Shown here in pieces: positions 1-7,744 of a stretch of DNA of 23,411 bases. The translations under genes were made by a program, and so were the position numbers. Position 1 is the stretch's first letter. Every line of letters begins with the position of its first letter. Below the pieces are notes generated by a model that was not told the origin of the DNA, did no database searches, and worked only from the letters and a program-made list of their open reading frames with translations. Source of the DNA: an uncultured delta proteobacterium (lineage in GTDB: Bacteria > Desulfobacterota > Desulfobacteria > Desulfobacterales > JAHEIW01); assembly GCA_963706575.1 (NCBI GenBank), contig CAVPNL010000023.1, positions 1-23,411 on the forward strand, written 5' to 3'.

Positions 1-1
1 G

Positions 2-439
2 AACGATGCGATGGTAACCCGTACAGCGGCAGAGGTTTCCTTTGATATGTTCTCTAATTTGATCTTCCGATGGCGAAGGATATTTATTTAAAAGATCTTT
101 GGCCATCAGAACCATTCCGGGCGTACAATAGCCGCACTGAATGGCGGCCGTGTCTAAAAATGCCTCCTGGATCGGGTCAAGGGTCCCATCCGGCGCAGCC
201 ACGCCTTCAATGGTCAGAATATCCGCACCGTCAACCGCCAGGGCCAGGGTCAGGCAGCTTAGAACCGGCTCCCCGTTGACGAGCACCGTACAGCCGCCGC
301 ATTGGCCGGTGCCGCAGCCGTATTTGGTGCCGGTCAGCTCGACCTCGTTTCTCAACAGATTCATCAGCAGTGTATTGGGCGCCACTAAAAATTCGCAGGG
401 CTCGCCATTGACCCTCAGCTGTATGCGCTGTTTTTGCAT
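2..439 (-). CDS. (2Fe-2S)-binding small subunit of xanthine dehydrogenase/CoxS family, 3' end runs off the window
   Basis: Not in the ORF track; translated by hand from ATG at 439: MQKQRIQLRVNGE...GTKYGCGTGQCGGCTV...SC...QCGYCTPG...GNLCRCTGY, the two canonical [2Fe-2S] motifs. The ATG overlaps the TAA of the upstream FAD subunit (TAATG). Confidence 0.93.
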   Translation of the reverse strand, partial: MQKQRIQLRVNGEPCEFLVAPNTLLMNLLRNEVELTGTKYGCGTGQCGGCTVLVNGEPVLSCLTLALAVDGADILTIEGVAAPDGTLDPIQEAFLDTAAIQCGYCTPGMVLMAKDLLNKYPSPSEDQIREHIKGNLCRCTGYHRIV

Positions 440-1326
440 TATCTCTTCCCTCCGGCCCGCTGCCAGGCCATATCGAAAACATCTTTAAATATTACCGCTG
501 CCACCTGTCTGCGATAGGTCTCGCTGGAGCGCACATCGCTGATAGGCCGAATTTCAGCTGAAACGCTTGCGGCGGCTTCATCCAGTAAGGTAGAATCAAT
601 TTGCTTGCCGCTTAATAATTCTTCCGCCCCCTTCACTCGCATAGGCACCGGGGCAACGGCCCCAAGGGCAATCCGGCAAGAGACACACCGGTCGGCATCA
701 CGCTGCAGGGCCACCGCACAGCTCAATTTTGAAATATCGGCTGCCACGCGAGCGACCTTCAAAAAAGCGCTGCCCTGATGATCCTCGCCCGGCGTAATGT
801 GGATTTCAGTCATGATTTCGTTGGCAGTCATAACCGCCGCATAGGGGCCGGTGATAAAATCCTCAACGTCCAGGGTGCGGCTGCCCTCCGGGCTTGCCAG
901 GGTAACGCGCCCATTTAAAACCAGCAGCGGCGGCACCGAATCGGCGGCCGGAGAAGCGGTGCAAAGGTTTCCGCCGAGGGTGCCCATATTCATGACCTGA
1001 ACTTTGCCGATCGAACGCAGGGCATCATGCAGAGCCGCATACCTTGGGTCCCGGGCGCAGGCCTGCTTTACGTCGCGCAGCCGGGCGCATGCGCCGATGT
1101 TCAGGCCGTCGTTGTCTTCATTGATATCGCTCAACCCTGAAATTTTCATCAGGGTGACCAAATGATTCGGAGCAATCTTTTCGTATTTGAGCTGCGGCAC
1201 CACATCGGTCCCACCGGCGATCACTTTGGCAGCATCGCCGTATTCAGCCAGCAACTCAAATGCCGCTGCCAGGCTGGCCGGCCGGTGGTAATCAAACTCC
1301 TGTGTCAGGATTTTCGTGTTTACCAT
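439..1326 (-). CDS. FAD-binding medium subunit of xanthine dehydrogenase/CoxM family
   Basis: Motifs FDYHRP, IAGGTD, GTLGGNL..ASPAAD, PISDVRSS..YR. Start moved from 1374 to ATG 1326 (MVNTKILTQEFDY), which fits the family length. Overlaps the large subunit 3' end by 35 nt. Confidence 0.9.
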   Translation of the reverse strand: MVNTKILTQEFDYHRPASLAAAFELLAEYGDAAKVIAGGTDVVPQLKYEKIAPNHLVTLMKISGLSDINEDNDGLNIGACARLRDVKQACARDPRYAALHDALRSIGKVQVMNMGTLGGNLCTASPAADSVPPLLVLNGRVTLASPEGSRTLDVEDFITGPYAAVMTANEIMTEIHITPGEDHQGSAFLKVARVAADISKLSCAVALQRDADRCVSCRIALGAVAPVPMRVKGAEELLSGKQIDSTLLDEAAASVSAEIRPISDVRSSETYRRQVAAVIFKDVFDMAWQRAGGKR

Positions 1327-3685
1327 GATCGTCTTCTTCAATTTGGGATTTCTGTTTAAGTGCCGCAAGGACACGTTCAGGCGTTATCGGCGCCGCTTTA
1401 AAGCGAATGCCCACCGCGTTGTAGACCGCATTGGCCACCGCTCCTGCGGTGGCGTTGTTGGCAGCCTCGCCGATTCCCTTGGCGCCGAAGGGGCCTGAGG
1501 GCTCATAGGTGTTGGCAAAAAAGGTGGAGATATCTTCAAGCGACGGCATATCTTGAGAGGTAAACATCTTATAATCGGTAAAAAATCCACCGCAGGTCAG
1601 TTCACCGGTTTGCGGATCGTAATCGGTGTCTTCCAGTAAGGCCAGCCCGACCCCGCGGCAAAGTCCGCCCTCCAGCTGGCCGGCGGCAAGATCGGGGTTG
1701 ATCACCGTACCGGCATCAACAGCGGCAACCGCTCTGGTGGGCCGGATTCGACCGGTCAGCGTATCGACTTCGACTTCAATAAAATTGGTCACAAAACACG
1801 GCGGGCAGTTGACCTGGCGATGGCTGACCACGCCGAGAATCGTGCCCCAGCCTTTAAGTTGAGCCATTTTGGCCACTTCACCAATGGAAATGTTTTTCGC
1901 CAGTGTGCCGGGTAAATAAATGATGCCCTGACCGCTGCCCTCTTCGGGATAAATTCTAAGTGCCTCCGGATTCACTTCAATTAAGCGTGAGGCAAATTCA
2001 AACAACTTTTTTTTGGCTTTTTGGGCGGCTCTCTGCAGGCTGGCGCCGCCGCAATATACGCCCCGGGTCGCATGGGTACACACATCGTAACCGGTCGAAC
2101 GGGTGTCGGAAGGCGAAATACCGACGTTGTCCAGCGGCACGCCCAGTTCTTCGGCAACGATTTTGGCTCCGGCCTCAAGGGTTCCACCGCCATGACACAT
2201 TAAAGCCGTTGAGCAATCAACGGATCCGTCTTCGTTGATTTTAACCATTGCGGTAGAGTAGTCGATGACCTCTCCGGGGGTGGGCGCACCGGTTCCGGAA
2301 GTATGAAAACCGCGACCCACACCGATGCCCCGTCGAAATCTCTGGGTCTTAAGCTGAGGGATTAAGCGTTTTTCCCAGCCGATTATTTCTTTGCCCCGCA
2401 GCAGCATTTCCTCTACACCGCAACTGCGTATGACCGAACGGACCGTTGGCCCCTGCCCCCAGAATGTCTCACCGAGTCCCACGTAATTTTTCAAACGGAT
2501 ATCGATGGGATCGATCCCCAATTTTCCGGCGATGATATCCATCTGGGATTCAACTGCGAAAGAAACCTGCGGGTTGCCATAGCCTTGCATGGCGCAGGCC
2601 GGCGCCTTGTTGGTATAGACCGCGTTGCCCTCGAATTTTAAATGCGGCATGCGGTAGAGGGACACAAACCATCCTGCCATGCAGCCGAGCAGCGGGTATG
2701 CCTGTATATTGTGTCCTCCGATATCAACGACTGTTTTCAAATAGCCCGCCGTCAGAGTACCGTCGCGCTTGACGCCATATTTAAGACGTATAATGGTGGG
2801 ATACTTGCAATGATCATACATATCCTCTTCGCGTGTCAGCACCAGTTTGACCGGTTTCTGGGCCTTGAGGGCCAGCGCCACGCAGATCGCAACGGGTGTG
2901 TTCATCTGAATGCTGGAGCCGAAAGCGCCCCCAATGGGAACCCGGTGCACATTAACCTTGCTCAACGGGATGTTGAAAATGCGGCCCAGCAGCTGGCGGG
3001 TGTTGTGAATGGACTGGGTTGTGGGCCAGACCGTGATGCCGCCGTCCGCTTCCGGCCGGCATACCACCGCCTTGCTCTCCATCTGGCCGTGGTAAACCCG
3101 TCCGGTCTTAAATTCATTTTCCACCACCAGATCGGCCTCGGCAAAACCTTTCGCCACATCGCCTTCACCGACCTCTCTGAAACAGGCAATATTTTGTTGA
3201 ATGGGAAGGACTTTATCACCCAGCATGATGTCTTCATACAACACCGGTGCACTTTCTTTCATCGCTTCATAAGGATCGAAGACGGCGGGCAGTGGTTCAA
3301 ATTTTACGACAATACGCTTAAGTGCCTTATCGACCAGGGCTTCTGTTTTAGCGGCAACGGCAACAACCCCCTCTCCAACATGGCGTACCTTATCAGGTAA
3401 GACAGTGCGATCGCGATAGGTCTTTTCCGGGATACTGACCTGGCGCTCGTTGTATTTGATTTGGGGGATATCCTTATAGCTAATACATACGGCACCCAGT
3501 TTTTCCGCTTCACGCGTATCGATGGAGACAATTTTCGCATGGGGATAGGGGCTCCTGAGGACTCTGGCATGGAGCATATTGGGCAGGCTCACATCGGATA
3601 CGTATCGTTCTCTGCCGGTAACCCTTGCATAACCTTCTTTTCGCGGGGAAATCCGACCAATTGCATGAAAATTATTGTCATCCAT
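1292..3685 (-). CDS. Molybdopterin-binding large subunit, xanthine dehydrogenase/aldehyde oxidoreductase family
   Basis: 797 aa with LRSPYPHA, GGAFG, MQGYGNPQ, EVEVD..TG, DAG.VINP...GQ.EGG and GPFGAKGIGE (catalytic Glu). GGAG RBS upstream. Confidence 0.93.
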   Translation of the reverse strand: MDDNNFHAIGRISPRKEGYARVTGRERYVSDVSLPNMLHARVLRSPYPHAKIVSIDTREAEKLGAVCISYKDIPQIKYNERQVSIPEKTYRDRTVLPDKVRHVGEGVVAVAAKTEALVDKALKRIVVKFEPLPAVFDPYEAMKESAPVLYEDIMLGDKVLPIQQNIACFREVGEGDVAKGFAEADLVVENEFKTGRVYHGQMESKAVVCRPEADGGITVWPTTQSIHNTRQLLGRIFNIPLSKVNVHRVPIGGAFGSSIQMNTPVAICVALALKAQKPVKLVLTREEDMYDHCKYPTIIRLKYGVKRDGTLTAGYLKTVVDIGGHNIQAYPLLGCMAGWFVSLYRMPHLKFEGNAVYTNKAPACAMQGYGNPQVSFAVESQMDIIAGKLGIDPIDIRLKNYVGLGETFWGQGPTVRSVIRSCGVEEMLLRGKEIIGWEKRLIPQLKTQRFRRGIGVGRGFHTSGTGAPTPGEVIDYSTAMVKINEDGSVDCSTALMCHGGGTLEAGAKIVAEELGVPLDNVGISPSDTRSTGYDVCTHATRGVYCGGASLQRAAQKAKKKLFEFASRLIEVNPEALRIYPEEGSGQGIIYLPGTLAKNISIGEVAKMAQLKGWGTILGVVSHRQVNCPPCFVTNFIEVEVDTLTGRIRPTRAVAAVDAGTVINPDLAAGQLEGGLCRGVGLALLEDTDYDPQTGELTCGGFFTDYKMFTSQDMPSLEDISTFFANTYEPSGPFGAKGIGEAANNATAGAVANAVYNAVGIRFKAAPITPERVLAALKQKSQIEEDDHGKHENPDTGV

Positions 3686-3710
3686 AACAAACTTTCTCCA
3701 TTATACTTCT

Positions 3711-4277
3711 CTACCAAACCGGCGGCGTCCATACAAACAGGACTTCTGCGGTTTCTTTCCCGGTGTTGACCCAATGATGAGGAATGTCGCCATTAAAATA
3801 GAGCGTGTCGCCTTCCTGGAGGAGAAGACGTTCCGTACCGATTTCAAATTCGACCTCCCCTTTTAGCACCAGCACAAATTCCTCTGAGCCTTTCGGGTGC
3901 TCCATGGTCCCGGACTTATCCAGCATCCCTCCCGGTTTGATCACGGATAGGAGCGGCTGCATCTTTTTCTGGAATACACCTTTTGTCAGGAGCTGACTGA
4001 CAACTTCCCCATCCGGGTAATGAATGGTTCGACGATCTGTTTTTCGCAGACACCAGTTGCCCTGTTCCCCCCGGTTATTCCCCCGAAACAGATCGACAAC
4101 ATGCACTTCCAATGCATCGGCAAGACGTCCGAGCATCGATACCGATGGCGCACCGGTCCCTTTCTCAAGTTGAGATATATAGGACTTGGTGCATCCGGCA
4201 ATCCGGGCAAGTTGCTCCAGAGTAAACCGTTTTTGTTGTCTCAGCTCCTTGAGTCTTTTGGGGAATTCGTCATCCAT
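3711..4277 (-). CDS. XRE-family HTH transcriptional regulator with C-terminal cupin domain (PuuR-like)
   Basis: N-terminal RLKELRQQKRFTLEQLA...KSYISQLEKG...PS helix-turn-helix; C-terminal H..SEEFVLVLKG...GDTLYF....PH cupin. Confidence 0.92.
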   Translation of the reverse strand: MDDEFPKRLKELRQQKRFTLEQLARIAGCTKSYISQLEKGTGAPSVSMLGRLADALEVHVVDLFRGNNRGEQGNWCLRKTDRRTIHYPDGEVVSQLLTKGVFQKKMQPLLSVIKPGGMLDKSGTMEHPKGSEEFVLVLKGEVEFEIGTERLLLQEGDTLYFNGDIPHHWVNTGKETAEVLFVWTPPVW

Positions 4278-4347
4278 TAAATTTCAGCACCTATTCAGAA
4301 ATCAATGTCAGAAGGAAGGGTAATCAGCCTATAGCAGCTAGCAAAAT

Positions 4348-4373
4348 CCCAATTGGGTTAAAAACCAATTGGG
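4348..4373. promoter_or_regulatory. Twin CCAATTGG palindromes in the regulator 5' region, candidate operator or hairpin
   Basis: cccaattggg-ttaaaaa-ccaattggg: two self-complementary boxes that also pair with each other. Confidence 0.3.
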
Positions 4374-4442
4374 CGTTATCTGTTATTCGTTATTTTTTAA
4401 TCATTAAAAGTGTATTATAAGTAAACTTGTATAATATTAGTT

Positions 4443-4472
4443 AACCTACACGATCGGTTTCAATTCTGTCAA
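4443..4472 (-). promoter_or_regulatory. Putative sigma70 promoter for the regulator/Mo-hydroxylase operon
   Basis: Minus strand TTGACA-N18-TAGGTT in an AT-rich spacer. An imperfect palindrome tattataagtaaacttgtataata (4413-4436) lies just downstream. Confidence 0.45.
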
Positions 4473-4782
4473 TAAAAATTTAAAATCGGATTCATATCTA
4501 ATATCACCACTTAATTATATTTAAAAACAAATAGTTAGTTAAAAGCGGCAACTTATATCATAATACCTGAAATTGTTTTGCGGCTTTAATCAATAACCGG
4601 GTTTATCAAATACCCGGATTTGGGTTAAATATATGTTGACTCCCGAATATTGCATTGTTAGGTATTTTCAGCTATTGCAGAATATGGATTTTTACTCCGT
4701 TCGGTTCCGATGGCTTTCAGGCAAAAAATCCGAACATCGGGTGTCCATTATGCATTAACCTCAAAATAAAAAGGAGATGAAA

Positions 4783-4989
4783 ATGTCAGATTGGTTTCCG
4801 TTGGATTTGAAGATTGCAAAACCGCATCCCGGGCATGAAGCACACCTGTGTATGGCCCACAGTGTCGGGTTTGTTGAACATAATCTTCAGGAATATAAAA
4901 AGTTTGTTCGCAATGCCAAATTTGTCTGCAAAAATTGCGGCCGCGTCGCCGCCAAAGCGGAAAATCTATGCCAACCTGAAACGTTGTGA
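4783..4989 (+). CDS. Small Cys/His-rich hypothetical protein, probable metal binder
   Basis: AAGGAG RBS at 4771-4776, 6 nt before ATG 4783 (ATG 4777 abuts the RBS). Sequence has HPGHEAHLCMAH and CKNCGRVA....LCQP. Confidence 0.75.
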   Translation: MSDWFPLDLKIAKPHPGHEAHLCMAHSVGFVEHNLQEYKKFVRNAKFVCKNCGRVAAKAENLCQPETL

Positions 4990-5021
4990 TTCGTAACCGA
5001 ACACGGCCTTGAAAGGATATT

Positions 5022-6311
5022 ATGCGCGAAAATGCCCTTAGCGATATAAAAGCCTATGAAATCATTGATAACCGTGGAATGCCGACCATACGGGTGGCGG
5101 TTTGTATTGACAACCAATTCTGGGGTCACGCCGATGTGCCCAGTGGATCCTCTACCGGCTCTTATGAGGCCGTGGAATTGAGAGACGGGGATGCCCGCTA
5201 CCGCGGCAAAGGCGTCCTCAAGGCCATTCAGAACATTCATGACATTATCCTGCCCGAACTCCGCGGCAAAGATGCCGGCAATCTACACGCCATCGACACC
5301 CGGATGCTTGAGCTGGATGGGACCGAAAACAAATCAAATCTGGGCGGAAACGCCATCCTGGGTGTCTCTCTCGCCGTTGCCCAGGCAGCGGCAAATGCCT
5401 GTGGTAAACCCCTTTATAAATATCTGAATGCGGATGCCCGTGTGTTACCGGTCCCGCAGGCCTGTCTGTTAAATGGCGGTGTACACGCCGGCAACGACCT
5501 CGACATTCAGGAATTCTGCGTGATGCCGACCGGTGCCCGAACATTTGCAGAGTCCGTTCAGATTCTTTGCGAAACCTTTTATAGCCTCAAAGACATTTTA
5601 CTTGATAAGTTGGGAAAGTCCGCCACCAACAGCGGTGAGGACGGTGGATTTGCCCCGCCGATATCCTCTACCCGCCAGGCAATGGACCTTTTATGTGAAG
5701 CCATCCAACGCTCCGGTTATACGGACAAAGTCGTTTATGGGCTGGATTTCGCGGCAAGCGGATACTACCATTCAGAAACGGACACCTATGCGTTTGAGGG
5801 TTCCCAAAAAACACAGGATGAAATGATTGCGTTCATAAAAGAGCTTCTAGCCGAATACCCATCCATCGTATCCATTGAAGACCCCCTGCATGAAAATGAT
5901 TTAAAAGGCATGCAGATATTAACCGATGCATTCAGCAAACACCTCATCATTGGCGATGACATGTTCGCCACCAACATAAAGCGCATTCAAAAAGGCCTGG
6001 AGCAAGGGGCGGGTAACGCCACGCTTTGCAAGGTCAATCAGATTGGAACCTTGACGGAAGCTTCGGAGACCGTCGATTTTGCGCGCCGGAACAATTTTGC
6101 GGTGGTCATGTCCGAGCGATCCGGCGAGACCGAGGACAGTGTGCTGTCCGATATCAGTGTTGCCTTTAATGCGGGGCTGTTTAAAACCGGCGGTATCCGC
6201 GGCTCCGACAGGGGAGCGAACTACAACCGCTTCATAGAGATCGAACGCGAGCTGGGTCCTTCCGCTGATTATGCCGGGACCCGATATGGCGAGGTAACGA
6301 TTTCCGGGTGA
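5022..6311 (+). CDS. Enolase (phosphopyruvate hydratase) family protein, divergent paralogue
   Basis: VPSGSSTG, EAVELRDGD.RY.GKGV, NGGVHA, QEF, SIEDP, GDD, KVNQIGTLTE, RSGETED, KTG. GAAAGGA RBS. Catalytic motifs are altered (see findings), so the eno symbol is withheld. Confidence 0.93.
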   Translation: MRENALSDIKAYEIIDNRGMPTIRVAVCIDNQFWGHADVPSGSSTGSYEAVELRDGDARYRGKGVLKAIQNIHDIILPELRGKDAGNLHAIDTRMLELDGTENKSNLGGNAILGVSLAVAQAAANACGKPLYKYLNADARVLPVPQACLLNGGVHAGNDLDIQEFCVMPTGARTFAESVQILCETFYSLKDILLDKLGKSATNSGEDGGFAPPISSTRQAMDLLCEAIQRSGYTDKVVYGLDFAASGYYHSETDTYAFEGSQKTQDEMIAFIKELLAEYPSIVSIEDPLHENDLKGMQILTDAFSKHLIIGDDMFATNIKRIQKGLEQGAGNATLCKVNQIGTLTEASETVDFARRNNFAVVMSERSGETEDSVLSDISVAFNAGLFKTGGIRGSDRGANYNRFIEIERELGPSADYAGTRYGEVTISG

Positions 6312-6346
6312 AATTTGTATGGACTGATTTCAAAGGAGACATACAG

Positions 6347-7717
6347 TTGATCAAAAATCGTGCTGAATTACTTTCCCATGGATTTGTCGAAGGCCGGCAG
6401 AAGGTATTAGACATTGCCGAACATACCCTAAAGCATGTCGATCCGCTGGCTGCGGTAAAAAACCATGTAAAATTAGACGGCAGCAGACTTCAGGTCGGCG
6501 AAGATGATTTTGATCTGAATAAGGTCAATAAGATTTATGCAATTGGGGGCGGCAAGGCAACCTATCCCCTGGCAATTGGATTAGAAGAAATTTTGGGCGA
6601 TCGCATCAGCGACGGGTTTATTGCCGTCAAAAAAGGGCAGAAGCAGCCCTTTTGCGAAACCATGGGGACCCTATCAAGAATACAGGTGGCCGAATCCGCG
6701 CACCCCATACCGGATGAAACCAGCCTGGAAGCCGGTAAGGCCGTATGGCAGATTGCTGAAAAGGCCGGTCGGAACGATATGGTTTTTTGTTTGATGTCCG
6801 GCGGCGTTTCGGCCCAGTGCATCTATCCGGTTGAGGGCATCTCCTTAAATGACAAGGTCAGCATTAATCAATTGCTGGTACACAGCGGCGCAGATGTCAC
6901 TGAAATCATGACGGTCAGGGGACACCTTTCGCGCATCAAAGGTGGCCGACTGGCGCCGCAGATGCTCCCGGCGACCGTCGTCAGCCTGACGGTTTCGGAT
7001 GAAAAGACCGACTCCATGAAATGGAATACCGATTGGGCCAGCCCGGATTCCACCACCCTGGCGGATGCTGAAAGGGTTCTTAAAAAATATGGTTTGTGGC
7101 AAAAGGTATCCGAGCAGGTACGTGATTATCTTTCCCATCCGACGCCGGATAAAGAGACGCCCAAATCATTTTCAAATCAACCTTTATATTACTGTATGGT
7201 GGTAAAGACACGCGCGCTCTGGGAAGGGGCCGCGCAAAGGGCGAAAGCGCTCGGTTTAACCCCGCTGTTACTGACAACCCTGCTAAACGGCGAAAGCCGG
7301 GAAGTCGGACGCACGATCGCTTCGATTGCAAACGAAATTAAATTGTCCGGCAATCCGGCCCGCCCACCGTGTGCGCTGATCGCCACCGGTGAAACCGCCG
7401 TGCGAATCCGGGGGGCTGTTCGTGGCCAGGGTGGTGCAAACCAGGAACTGGCAGCTGGCGCCTGTCTGGATTTAAACGAAACAAGTCCTATCGCGATCTG
7501 CGCATTGGATACGGACGGCACCGATGGCCCGACGTCACTGGCCGGTGCGCTTACGGATGGGTCAACGCCAAAAGCGGCGGCCCAAAAGGGATACGATTTG
7601 TTTCAAAATCTCATGGAACACGATGTCGCAACCGTGCTGAAGGCCACCGGAGATGCGGTCATCACCGGCCCGACCGGCACAAACGTAAACGATCTGGTGA
7701 TTTGCGTAATTTTATAG
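6347..7717 (+). CDS. Glycerate 2-kinase-like protein (DUF4147 + MOFRL domains)
   Basis: GGGKA, HPIPD, SGG.SA, HLS.IKGG.L, GESRE, NQE, DTDGTDGPT, TGTNVND. TTG start at 6347 preferred (AAAGGAG at 6332-6338, MIKNRAELL); GTG 6308 is the alternative. Confidence 0.88.
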   Translation: MIKNRAELLSHGFVEGRQKVLDIAEHTLKHVDPLAAVKNHVKLDGSRLQVGEDDFDLNKVNKIYAIGGGKATYPLAIGLEEILGDRISDGFIAVKKGQKQPFCETMGTLSRIQVAESAHPIPDETSLEAGKAVWQIAEKAGRNDMVFCLMSGGVSAQCIYPVEGISLNDKVSINQLLVHSGADVTEIMTVRGHLSRIKGGRLAPQMLPATVVSLTVSDEKTDSMKWNTDWASPDSTTLADAERVLKKYGLWQKVSEQVRDYLSHPTPDKETPKSFSNQPLYYCMVVKTRALWEGAAQRAKALGLTPLLLTTLLNGESREVGRTIASIANEIKLSGNPARPPCALIATGETAVRIRGAVRGQGGANQELAAGACLDLNETSPIAICALDTDGTDGPTSLAGALTDGSTPKAAAQKGYDLFQNLMEHDVATVLKATGDAVITGPTGTNVNDLVICVIL

Positions 7718-7744
7718 GTGTATATATTGAAAGGCAAAACATCG

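Noticed and set aside
231..482. Track ORFs 70..279, 141..488 and 231..482
   Set aside because: Shadow frames of the real 2Fe-2S subunit gene (minus strand, start 439).
2642..3400. 252-aa plus-strand ORF and the many other short ORFs overlapping assigned genes
   Set aside because: Antisense or alternate-frame shadows with no recognisable motifs.
1..3685. Aerobic CO dehydrogenase (coxLMS) or 4-hydroxybenzoyl-CoA reductase call
   Set aside because: No AYxCSFR or AYRGAGR motif in the large subunit; the FAD subunit lacks the Cys-rich [4Fe-4S] insert of HcrB.
4699..4740. Alternative pairings (gttcgg/ccgaac and ccgatg/catcgg) in the leader of the small protein, riboswitch-like
   Set aside because: Only 6-bp stems, no match to a riboswitch consensus I recognise, and no terminator or RBS-sequestering platform.
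5022..6311. Housekeeping eno assignment
   Set aside because: Several near-invariant catalytic motif residues are changed and the context is an accessory catabolic operon.
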